Part shown: one piece after another, positions 53,130-64,000 of the stretch | How the letters are laid out: each line of letters opens with the position of its first letter | Position numbering within the stretch: the stretch's first letter is position 1 | Source: Cenococcum geophilum | Taxonomy: Eukaryota | Length of the DNA: 64,000 bases | Assembly: GCA_050273025.1 (NCBI GenBank) | Contig: CP158635.1 | Coordinates: forward strand, 3,348,001 to 3,412,000 | Direction of reading: 5' to 3' | Translations under genes and position numbers: made by a program | Notes under the pieces: model-generated | The model's database searches: none | Told to the model about the DNA's origin: nothing | The model's input: the letters and a program-made list of their open reading frames with translations, nothing else

Positions 53130-56100
53130 TAGAGACGGTATAATCTTACTAAGAGATAATATTATAGTAATAGTGCGAGCACAATATTGGGCGTATAAAG
53201 AGGAAATTGCTTTAGGTATAATAAGTAATAATATTAACTAAATTAATTAAACGGATATTACACCTCTAGTAAATAACTTAAAGATATTAAGGATCTTTAA
53301 GGATAAAGATAGAGAGGAGGGAGATAGTGTTATAGACGCTTTAAGTATAATATTATAACTACTTAAAGAAGAGTTAGAAGAAGCTAGTTAGTTAATTTAA
53401 ATATAGTCTAAAATAGAGCCGGTAAAACTATATAATAAGGAATAGTAACTAAGGTTATATAATATGCTACGTATTAAATAAGAGGAATAAGAGAAACTTA
53501 CGTACCTTATATATAAGACGTATATTACGTATAAGAAGAATTTTATAAAAGTATAGTTGTATATTTAAGGACCCTTAATCCCTACCTAGATAGTTCCTTC
53601 CTTATAGTAATTCTTAGAATATAATTAGAGTTAATCTATTAGGCAACCACTCCACCAGTTATTATTACGTTATTAACTTTAACTTACATTACCTATATAC
53701 CTAGCCTATTAACAAGCCTATTATAGTACTTGCTATAAGGTTCCGTTACAATTTTATAGTATTAAATATCTTTAATATTAACCTAACCTATAATCCAATT
53801 AATCTTTAGATTGTATTCCTATAACTAAAGTATTTTTAATACTACCTCGTCCCGTCCTAATAGCAGGATATCTTAATTTATCTCCCTTTAATAGTTATTT
53901 AAATAGGTCCTATTTTAAGGTTAATAATCCCTTCTCTATAGGCTATTAGATTTCCTAAAATTATAACTAATAAGTAAAGTTGTTCCTTCTATCTATAAGG
54001 TAATCCCATTCTCTTAACTACTATTAGTAAGATATAATTCCGCGTTACTCTACTATCTATTAGTGCTTTAAACTGCTAATCTTACCAATTAACTTATAAA
54101 TTTAGGTATTATCCTTAAATTCCTTTAAGGGTTTAAGGCTCTACTACTAGCTCCCTTTAGTTCTATAGGCCTCTACTTTTTTTTAACTATTAGCTACTTA
54201 ATCCTAGTACACTTAGCTTACTCTTTAGCCAATACCTAGTTTACTTTTTATCTTTAATATGCTATAAATACGTATTCTCTAGGCATTTCTACCACTATTA
54301 TCTATTTAAGTATTCTTTTATAAGAAATCTTTCTAGTTAAAGTATTAAGTCTTCTAACTTTTAAATTTCTGCTAGATACTAGCTGTGTATATACTTAGTA
54401 TTTCTATACTATTGCTTATCTAGCGCCCAATATATCCTTATAGGGTATTTCCAGTTTTTTTTTTTTTTAAATTCTTATATATTATATATATATTATCTAT
54501 ATATACAATCCATAATAGCGTATAGTATACTAGGTACTTTAGGTTAACTCTTAACTCGTCTTTATCTTTAAGTTTAAACCTTTATTATACTAATTTAAAC
54601 GTTATAACTTTATTTATAGGTATTAAGATACATCTCTTACTTCTTTAGTCCTCTAATTATTCCTCTAAATCCTTTAATATTATAATTAAGGCTCCTTTAA
54701 TATAAGTTATGGCCTTCTCTATAATTAGGTGGTCCTAGATGACCTACTTATCCAACTATATATAGAAATCTTCCTACTTATTATTATATCGTTATCTATA
54801 CCACTTTTAGTATAGCTATTAGAGTATATACAGCTTATCCGTAAGGAAGTATCTTTTTATTACTATATTATAATAGCCCTTTATATATAGTTCTTTAAAC
54901 CTAATAGGGATTTTTAAATCCTCTTTATTTTCTAGTTTAGTAAGCTACTTAGCTCTTAGTATGCCTGCCCTAGGCCTATTAGTAATTCTTTATACTAGCG
55001 CTCTATCCCTTATATAACCTAGTATGTTAGATCTCTTATCTAGTTTCTATTCTTGCTATACAATAATTCTTTACCTAAATTTTTCTATAGTTTCTTTTGG
55101 TTTACGTCTTATAGATAAATCCTTAAAGTTCTCTTACTTCTTAATTATAGTATTAACATTTTAATCCTATTGCTAAGCCTTACTTATAATTTCTTTAATA
55201 GTCCTTATTCTGTTGCTAAAATCTTAGTCCTATAGGATTCTTAATCCTAAGCTTACTTCTATCTTAAGCTTACCTCCAGCCTTAGTTTAACTAGGCTTCT
55301 ATAGCGTTTTTATCTCGTCTTAAGAGTCTTAAATCTTACTTATCTTATCTTAAGAATTTTATATTCTTAGGAAACTTTATCCTAAGCTTATTTATATATT
55401 ACTAAACTAAGCCATTACCCTACTCCATTGGTTATTGTCTATTATAGGTCTTTAAGCTTACCTTATCTTATCTTAAGAATCTTAGTTATCTCTTATCTCG
55501 TCTTAAGAATTTTAAGCCTTTAGCCTTTTGCCTTTATTAAGTGCCGAAGTAGTTTACTATCCTACTTCTTTTATATCTTGTAAAGCGATAGATATCGTAT
55601 CTAGTAGGGTTTTAATCCCTACTAATATTCCCTACTTTGTAGTAGAATTATTCTCTACCTCTAATATAACATCTTTAAGGTCTATATACTCCTAGTAAGC
55701 TGCTTTTATTACCTTATTATTACTAAATATTTTACCTATATTAAATTTATTATCCTTAATATCCGATTTACGAACTAGTTTATTAATTCCTCTAAACTTT
55801 AATAATTTTAGCTCTTATAGCTAATAGCTTACGCCATACTTAGCGTCCTTATAAATTCGGCATATGTTATTATAATAAAACGCAAAACTGTTAATTAAAT
55901 ATTCTTTTATTCCTTGCAGTATACTATTATTCCTTTATATATATATATCTTCTACTAATCTTATTCCTTTTACTATATAGTAACTTTAACTACTTCTATA
56001 GTTTTTAATATAGTAACCCTATTTTCCGCAATTTATATAAGCTCCTTCTTTAAACTATTTTTCTTGCTATAAAGTCCGCCTAAACGTCTTCTATTATTAA

Positions 56101-58067
56101 GATCCCTGGTTTAGCCTCTACTCCTTAAATCTTTAATTACTTAATTCTTATTCTTTAGGTTTCCATAATTTCTTATTTTATCTTTTAGATTCTTTAGTAC
56201 TACTTAGGTCTATTAGCTCTGCGCCATACTATAGTTTTTAATTTTAACTTTATTATTACGTGCTTTATGCCTTATATAACTATAGAACTCTATCCTAACC
56301 CTTTTTAGTCTACTCTCTTTAGTAAATCCTATTATTAATCTTAATTACTTAATTAATTAAATCCCTAAGAGTATCCGTATCTTTTATTAGAATAATTATA
56401 TCCTAGATTTTTACCTTAAGTCCCTATTTATATTGTGCTATAAGCGCTTTATTATTCTATTTAACCTATATTACTAATATTTAAAACTATATCGTATACT
56501 TAATTACTAAAGTCCTTTATACTAGGTTTTAAAGTTTTCTTTTTACTATAGTGGTTGCTTTTAGGTTTCTAAATATTTGCGTTAATTATTCTATAAACTC
56601 GTTCTAACTTAAGAATATATACCGTACCTCCTAGTTAGTAGTTGTTATGCTATACTCTTATACCTCTATAAGGTAAGGCTTAAATTACTTAAGTGCCCTT
56701 CCTATTAAGAATAGTCCTGCGTAAGCAACTTAATCTATAGGCATTCCTAGCTTTACTCCTTCCTATATAACCTTAAAGTGTATTTATATAAGGAACCCCT
56801 TAAGCTTTAACTTCTCCCCTAAGAATCGCTCTATTAAGGGTAACTTAACCTTAGCCGCTCCAATCCCGTTAATCCTTTCTTTAAGTATCCTATTATTATC
56901 TATTAATTAATTAACTATTTCCTATAGCTATCTAATAGTAACTAGTTATAAGTTAGTATTTACTATACTAGTATTATTACCTAATCCTAAGGTAGTTCCC
57001 GCTATTAACGCCGTTATAGCTGCTGCTTTTAGTAGCATATTATTTAACTTTTTTTACTATAACCTTAGTAGTAAATGTATAATAAAGCCTTATAGAAAGT
57101 ACTACGGTAGACTTATTAATAGGCTGGGTATATAGGTATAGAATAGTTAACAATATAAATATAACTAGTAGAGTAGTTACCTAACAGATTAACTCTAATT
57201 ATATTCTAAGATTTACTACAAAGGAGAGAACTATTTAGGTAGGGACTGTGGTCCTTTAAATACACAACTATACTCCTAAGAAATCCCCTTTATATATAAG
57301 GTACGTGTTATACGTATTATACGTACATTCCCTTCATACACTACGTACACTGTGTACAACGTCATGTGACCTCGGTTACCATTCCTCGTTACATAGCTCT
57401 ATCGGCTCCATCCTAGACCGTGCCTAAATTAACCAACTAGCTTCTTCCGACTCTTCTCCAAGTAGTCGTAATATCGTACTTAAAGCGTCCGTAACAAAAA
57501 GGGGATACCTAATTAGTAGGGAAGCTAAGGACGTTGGTAGATTACTCGCTTATTTAGTAGCGGATTAAAAAAATCAATTGATATAATATAATATGATATA
57601 ATCTCGCGTATCGTATCAATTGTTATTGATTAGGATTTCGCTCACCCTGGTCCTTAAACTTCTAACAACTAGATAAGGAATATCCATTGCGATCTATTAG
57701 CGATCTCAAGAGCGGCGGTGCAGTCACTGAAATTAGTTGAGGCATAGTACAAATAATTCTGGAGATCTGGAAGCACAGAGGCAACCAAAGGAGTGAGGCC
57801 ATTAGAAGCGGGCTACAGGGTTGTTATGACAAAGCAATGAACAGTGAACCATTAGATTTTCTTCGACCTTATGAACAACGTATCAACTATTAAAATACAT
57901 TGATGTTCATGAGCATACGCTTTGAAAACAAAGAGTGTCGTGGTAGCCACATTCTTATAGGCCCCCTTGAAATGGAACACATTTCTGGATCGTATAGAAG
58001 AATAGAAAAGCACGGGATATCGAATAAGAAATGAAAGAGTTTTAGTCATTCATCAGGTCTTCTCTCA

Positions 58068-61000
58068 TCACTCAAAGACATCACTCACATAACGATCTTC
58101 CTTTTGTTTATCCAACCACTCATTCGCATCTTCATCACTCTTTCCTGGGTTCTTTTCCAACCAAATCTTCTTACAAATTTCTGCCGTGCTCTTTGCAAGT
58201 TTACTAGCGCTCCCACACACGAAAATCTTCGCCCCGTCAAGGAACAGTTTCGCAATTTCTTCCCTCTCATCCCATATACGCTCTGGCACGTACTTGGCGC
58301 TCCCAGGTGGCCCGGTCTTCGAGAAGGCTGGTCGAACACTCACCACTTTGTCTTTCTCCCACTGCTTCAACTCTTCCGCATAGATGAAGTCTTTCTCGTG
58401 GTGGCGACAGCCGAAATACAGAATCGCCGGCCCAAACTTTTGCTGCCCCCCTGAAGCAATGACCGCACGTTCTTGTATGAAGCCACGCATGGGTGCTATA
58501 CCAGTGCCAGCTGCAATCATGATGATTGGAGTTTCGGGGTCCGGTGGTAGATGGAAGGCGGCATTTGTTGGACGCACAAAGCAGCGGATTCTCGCTCCCG
58601 GCTCGCAGGCCGAAAGATAGGTAGATGCAACACCCTTGAATATGCGACCATTGCCGCTCCAAGCAGGTGTATCGTGGACATCATAGGTTATGGAGGCGAG
58701 AGTAGTTTGCTGGGCGTGGGATTTTGCAGTGTTAAATTGCGCAGAAGCGAGAGGAGATGAGGAGATGGAGTATTGCCGTGGAGAGAGTGGTTTGAGCATG
58801 TCAATATATGCAGCAAAGCTGAGCTCACAAGCGGGGTGATCCTCGAGTAGGTCGAGGATAGAGTATCGCTTTGGTAAAATCTCGGACTGATAAACGCCTT
58901 CAGAGGCGATACGTGAGAGCTCTGTCCTTTGATCTTCTGGAGTCGCTTTTGCCAAAGCTTCAATCTGCCTCTGCGATGCTGGGGTAGCGAGTTCCACGCG
59001 AGTCGCTAGAAGATCGAAGACGGACATGGAACTCCCAGGCGACTGGAAGGTGATTAACAGCGAACCAATCATTATTCGCGCATACAAACTTACTAAAAAT
59101 GCTTTATTAGTGCCTGATATTTTGATGACGTCGTCCGCTGAGATATTGAATCTCTTAGCTACACGCTTGATTGTCTCAGCGCTATTGGACGGCAAGACGA
59201 CCAAGTAATCACCTACGATGATATTAGCTTCCCATGCATTACCATTATCTTTAACAGGGCCTACCAGTGCGATAAAAGACGCCTTCTGGAAGTTCGACTT
59301 CCATATGTTTCTTTACAAGACCAACATCACCGCCACCTAGATTAATATTCTTTTTCACAACAATATAGTCAGGTCCCTCATCTCCCGTATTCGTTGAAGT
59401 ATTTGGCTTTTCCATGGTTATCTGGAGCTCGCTGGACTGAATCTCGTGCGTCGTCCCACTTCTTTCACGGAGGTCTTGCCACATCTTTGCGACCCAGTCC
59501 TCCCAAGGACCAACAATATCATACTTGACATCAACAAACCCAGTGGCCGTGAACCTAGTTGCCCCCATCTTTTCGAAGAGTTGGTCGACGAGTTTCGGGA
59601 TGCGATGATAAGTCGAAACCCAGTCGCTGTTTCCAACGCCGAAGACTGCATAACTGACATTCTCTAGTATCTTGGAACTGGAGTTTGCCTCAAGCCAGGA
59701 AACAAATTTTTTTGCGTTATCTGCAGGTCTTCCTTCATATGAAGGTGTAATGATGATCACCGGATGATCTTTTGGGACTCTTTCTGTCGCGTTATCGAGG
59801 GTTTTAACTGTGGCTGAAAACCCGTAATTTGAAGCGTTGGTCTGGAGGTCCTCGGCATATGCTTTGCATGTTCCTGATTGTGACGCATAAAGTACTGTAA
59901 GCCTATTTCCGGTTGAGGTTTGAGGACCGCTTTTGTCAGAAGTAGTGTGCATGGTGCTTTTTGTTGAACTAACAGCGCCTGGTATCCCAACCATTAGACT
60001 CTTCCCAGGCCTCCTTCTTACTTTGATTTTGAAGTCGCCGGGCTTTAGAGTGAGTGTAGTCTTGATGTCTGGTAACCATGTCAGCAGATGTATACACAAT
60101 AAGGGACCGAGACTCACGGAAGGAATAACTGGGATCAGCCATCTCTACCTGAAATCGTTGTAAGATCAATGTAACAGCTATAATCATCTCCTGTTCAGTG
60201 AATGCTCGTCCAATGCAAGCCCTTTCTCCGTCACCGAAGGGCTTGAATGCGTTAGGGGGGAGGCTCTCATATCCACCGTTCAACATTCTCTCTGGCCTGA
60301 AGACATCTGCGTCATCGCCCCAGACTTTGGGGTCATGGTGGAACGGTTTCAGGTTGCAGATAAGCTGGGCCTTGCTGTCAACTTTGTATTTTCCGGCAAG
60401 GGTGGTATCTTGCTTTGCCCGCTTAACAATTAAGCCGATCGGGCCCATATATCGAAGCGCCTCGTATATGCTAGCCTTGATATATTTGAGTTTAGGAAGG
60501 TGTTCCAGCTCAAGCGCAGAGTCCCCGACTACGTCATCGACTTCTTTTTGCGCAGCAATAAGCTTCTCGGGGTTGCGGAGGAAGTGGTGGAATAGGAAGG
60601 CCAATGTACCACTCGTTGTTTCATGTCCAGCAACCTTTAAGCTGTTAGTATTTCACCTGCCGATTGTGACCTTTTGGACAACATACCAGAAATGTGACCA
60701 TGTTGTACCTGATAGACTCGTCCGTCATCTTCTCTCCAGTCACGGGATCGGAAGAATTCAACATAGTATTCAAGAGATCATTCACTTCAGGATTGGGGTT
60801 TGCCTTCCGCTCGGCCACGAGTTCGTCACAAAGCTTATGCATTGCTGCCACATTTTCCCGGTTATGAGCAGCTGACCAAATTCGAAGGTGATTTTCGACT
60901 GAGAGCCTGCTTGCTCTCTTTCCACTTTCGATGAGCACTTCCGCCATCTGACTTGCGAAAGGGTGTGGGTCCTTAGAGTAAAACTCATTGAATCTATAGC

Positions 61001-61915
61001 CGAAGGCGCAAAGTGCGATCGTATCGAACGCCAATCTGTGCAAGAAGTGTTAGGCTCTGTTATAAGTTTATAAAATTTATTCAATGGAAGACTTATAGTG
61101 AAGTCGTCAGAACAAAGTATCTCATTGTCTGGCCCAAACCGATCCCATTTTAGAATCATTTGCGAGGCAATGTCCATCATTTCGGGGAACATCTGTCGTG
61201 TGTGAGTGAAGAAAGCATTGATTCACATGGGTCAGGGTACAACCTTGCGGATAGCCATGGGCCCGAAAGCCGGCATCAGCGTTCTGTGTGCCACATACCA
61301 ATTCTAAGCGAATGATGAATATGTTAGCATATTAACGCATAGAAAAAGAAAGAAGAAATCGTTCAAATTGACCGTCCGCGCAGCATCATCTTGCAACTTC
61401 AATGGCTTCCATACTACTCTAGAGAGATCTTAATGGTGTGCCCTGTAGGCCCTTAGGCACCTTGTGCCAGGTGTGAGGTGACTCAGTAGATTCTCAGATA
61501 TACACAGCTAATATCTTTCTGGTGGCTGCGGTGATGAGGGCAATTCTTCAAAAGCATTAGAAAAACTCACATGTTCCCCGGGGTAAGCTGTAAATAAGCC
61601 ATCCTTCAACAGCGCTCTAGTCTCCTCCAGTGGCCCCATAACCGCCTTTTCAAAGCGATCCGGGTCGCATAGTTCGTTGACTAGTTCATAGGACGAGCAA
61701 ATAATCGCTTTCCGACCTGGGAGGTCTAGCTGGTAGATCTCACCGTATATATCGGTCAATTGCCAGAAAGATTGAGTGTTTGAGGTAGGGTCAATATCGG
61801 CAAGATTGCCGATGAAATAGTGGCTCGGGGGCTGCGGAATCTTCTCTTCTTCTGTGCTCTGAGGCTGGCTTGCAGTGAGAGCGGGAGTGGCCTTGGGGTT
61901 GTAAGGGCAGGCCAT
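58068..61915 (-). CDS. CYP505: Self-sufficient cytochrome P450 / NADPH-P450 reductase fusion (CYP505, P450foxy-type); one splice donor appears defective
   Basis: DGLFTAYPGEHNW, VAGHETTSGTL, EALR, FRPER, heme motif FGDGERACIG; FMN domain LYASQSGTC, TPSYEG, FGVGNSDW; FAD/NADPH motifs RQYSISSS, GVASTYL, AGTGIAPMRGF, LYFGCR, RYVSDVFE; seven introns inferred. Confidence 0.92.
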
Positions 61916-62519
61916 TATGGATAGATGGTGCGGTAGAGTGTCGTTGATCAACTTGCGATAGATGGTTTGGGAAGAGGTCGTAGGGTGAGAATGATAACAC
62001 TGAAGTTGCGAGGAGAATTTGAAGCATTTATACCATCGATTGATCCATCTGCCCTGCCTCGTAACGGATATGGCGGGATTATGTCATAGTGGTATCGCCT
62101 GCAGGTTTGCCCCATGGCCCTCAAAATAATTCAAGGGTTATAGAGTGCAATGCTAGGGTGGAACCCAATGATGAGTATACGATCACCACATTCGGCACCA
62201 CGACAGGTATTGACCCTGAAGACAATATCTTGGTGACCAGCGAGAGGTTTGTTGTTGCGCATGCAGTGATATTACCAGACTACCGCAACCAGTAGATTGA
62301 AACGGAAATTATTAATACGCACGAGAGGAGTGCTGACAGAATAACTTTGTAACGCTATAGGATCTTAGTAATAGACGGAAGGTGGAGGGGCTCCTCTTCG
62401 ATGCAATGCCTTGCATTTTGCATCGGACCCGAGGCCTAGCGGAAAAATGTCGTTGCCTCGCAAAAATGTCGCAAAACCCAGTCCCAATACAAATTTATAT
62501 AAGAGGTAGGTTTAGCCAT

Positions 62520-63310
62520 CACTATATAAATATAATTAATTACGGTTATAAAAATAAAGCTTTAACGATATGTATAAATTAATTTTAGGTATAAATTAAT
62601 GTTATTTTAGCTCTTACTACTGCACTTAAAAGGCCCTCTCTACTTCTATATTACTATATTTGCTTTAATATATTAAAAGTAATATAATCATATTCTACCT
62701 TAATTGAATACTGTAGTTCTTAAGGTATATTATAAATCTAATTCTATTTAGTCCTCTATTTAATTATATACCAAAGATTCTCTATAATAGAGAAATTAGA
62801 AACTAAAGTAACTAAATATAATAAGGGATTTTAATCTCTCTTTATACTCGGTTTGTATTTTATACAACTTATTATTACTATTCTTAAAAGAAATAGTATA
62901 TTTTACCTTTAATACTCCCTCTAATATAGCCTTTTTTTTTTTTTTTATATTTATTAAACTAGGCCTATTATATAAGGTTTTTGCTACTACTTTTACGGCG
63001 ACGCTTTTATAGTTGCCCCTACCTTTTTTAAAAGTCTTAAGAGCCTTATTTCCTCTTTTTATCGTTTGAAATTATAAAAGAATTAAGCTTATTAATATAT
63101 CTCTATTCTTTTTAATATATCTCTATTCTTTTTAATAGATTTAAATAGCCTTTTATATTAGGCACTCCTTTAAGGGTATAGTAGGATACTTCCCTTTATC
63201 CTTTAGTTTTATAGGAATATCCTCTATATTATAAAATATAAGGAAGCTTTTATAATTCTACTATAATACTATACTCTATATATATTAGAAAGCTACGACA
63301 CCTTTATACC
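62520..63310. repeat. AT-rich RIP-degraded sequence of unidentified origin
   Basis: Abrupt TpA enrichment and CpA/TpG loss; no termini recognised. Confidence 0.5.
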
Positions 63311-64000
63311 TATTGGGAATATAGGCAAGTTGCCATTACGTGCGGCAAGTTGCCGTCACGTGTCGCCGCGGCACTAGTGTGGCGAGGAGCCTTAAGCTCC
63401 TCGCCCCCCCCTAAAGAATAAAGAACAACAATTATCATACTATCTACGAACCGTAGCTACGTAATATCCCCTTGTGTAACCAACACTAATTAGTAGTTAA
63501 CTTTATAGTTATACTATAGAACAGCTAGGTATTACCAAGAAGAGACAAGCTACTATACTAGTGCTACTTGTGCTAAAGGAAGCTATCTTTTAAGGTTAGA
63601 ACTGGTCCTAAACCTTAAATAGAACTCTTCCACAAATCTAAGGATCTAAAGGCTAGAACTAGTCCTAAGCCTTTTTAAAATTATGGATTCTTGCGTCTAT
63701 TACGCAGAATAATATACTTTATAAGTCTTCGCGATTTAAGGCCAGAACTGGTCCTAAGCCCTATAACCGCAAATATACGTTATAAACGCGTACTAAACAA
63801 TAAACGCGTACTAAACAATAAACGCGTACTAAATAATAAACGCGTACTAAATAATAAACGCGTACTAAATAATAAATATATATTACAAACGCGTACTAAA
63901 CAATAATCCCTACACTAATAATACTTCCCTCCCTCCAAAAACATGGCTACGCCTACTTTAAATAACTAGAAAGACTCCTTACTACTAGGGGTAGCTAAGT
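63311..64000 (+). mobile_element. Ty1/copia element E5: 5' LTR and start of gag, continuing beyond the window
   Basis: 175-bp LTR 63311-63485 of the E1 subtype, followed by the same leader as E3 and E4. Confidence 0.9.
63783..63872 (+). repeat. 18-bp minisatellite TAAACGCGTACTAAA(C/T)AA x5 in E5
   Basis: Five consecutive units read directly; other copia copies carry 1-2 consecutive units. Confidence 0.9.

Larger units (their letters stand above)
44573..53750 (+). mobile_element. Ty3/gypsy chromovirus G2, inserted antiparallel into the related element G1
   Basis: 423-bp LTRs 44573-44995 and 53328-53750, TSD ATTTT; purine tract before the 3' LTR; RIP-degraded RT VYL(DD)IIIY near 50305, then RNase H, integrase and a chromodomain relic (Y.VK(W).GY...T(W)E...NL, ~52440-52560). 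Confidence 0.93.
28385..57496 (-). mobile_element. Ty3/gypsy chromovirus G1 (RIP-inactivated; hosts E3, E4 and G2)
   Basis: 419-bp LTRs: 57078-57496, and 28385-34850 split by E3. Internal segments 34851-37531, 43613-44572 and 53751-57077 are collinear with the reverse complement of G2. Flanks AAATG/AAAAG match at only 4 of 5 positions. Confidence 0.88.

Noticed and set aside
57570..57625. Short inverted repeat CAATTGATA...TATCAATTG
   Set aside because: Short and AT-rich with no TSD; compatible with chance.
63783..63905. Regular short repeats resembling a CRISPR array
   Set aside because: Head-to-tail units with no unique spacers, inside a fungal retrotransposon; a minisatellite.
63691..63906. 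ORF with NNKRVL repeats
   Set aside because: Translation of the RIP-altered minisatellite, not an independent gene.

Overview
Eukaryotic DNA from a filamentous ascomycete, judged from GT-AG introns with CTAAC-like branch points and heavy repeat-induced point mutation (RIP). The left arm (1-13.1 kb) holds a cluster of MITEs, a Cys-rich type I membrane protein gene, two divergent pseudogenes (an AYR1-like short-chain dehydrogenase with two internally inverted exons, and a SAM methyltransferase), and an apparently intact multi-exon gene fusing an alpha/beta-hydrolase-like domain, ankyrin repeats and a CorA-like C-terminus. The centre (13.36-57.5 kb) is a RIP-degraded transposon nest resolved by target-site duplications (TSDs) into four Ty1/copia elements, two Ty3/gypsy chromoviruses with an antisense Zn2Cys6-like ORF relic, a piggyBac-family transposon with atypical ends, a solo LTR, and a ~1 kb apparently non-coding retroposon. 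The right arm holds a CYP505-type P450-reductase fusion gene with one broken splice donor and the start of a fifth copia. The best candidate for a new system is the 1019-bp insert at 47679-48697 (- strand): it has a 14-bp TSD, a short (TTA)n-type tail, and a hand-folded HDV-like self-cleaving ribozyme whose predicted cleavage site is exactly the element's 5' end and whose P1.1 pairing is non-canonical. All calls were made by eye; no searches or folding programs were run.
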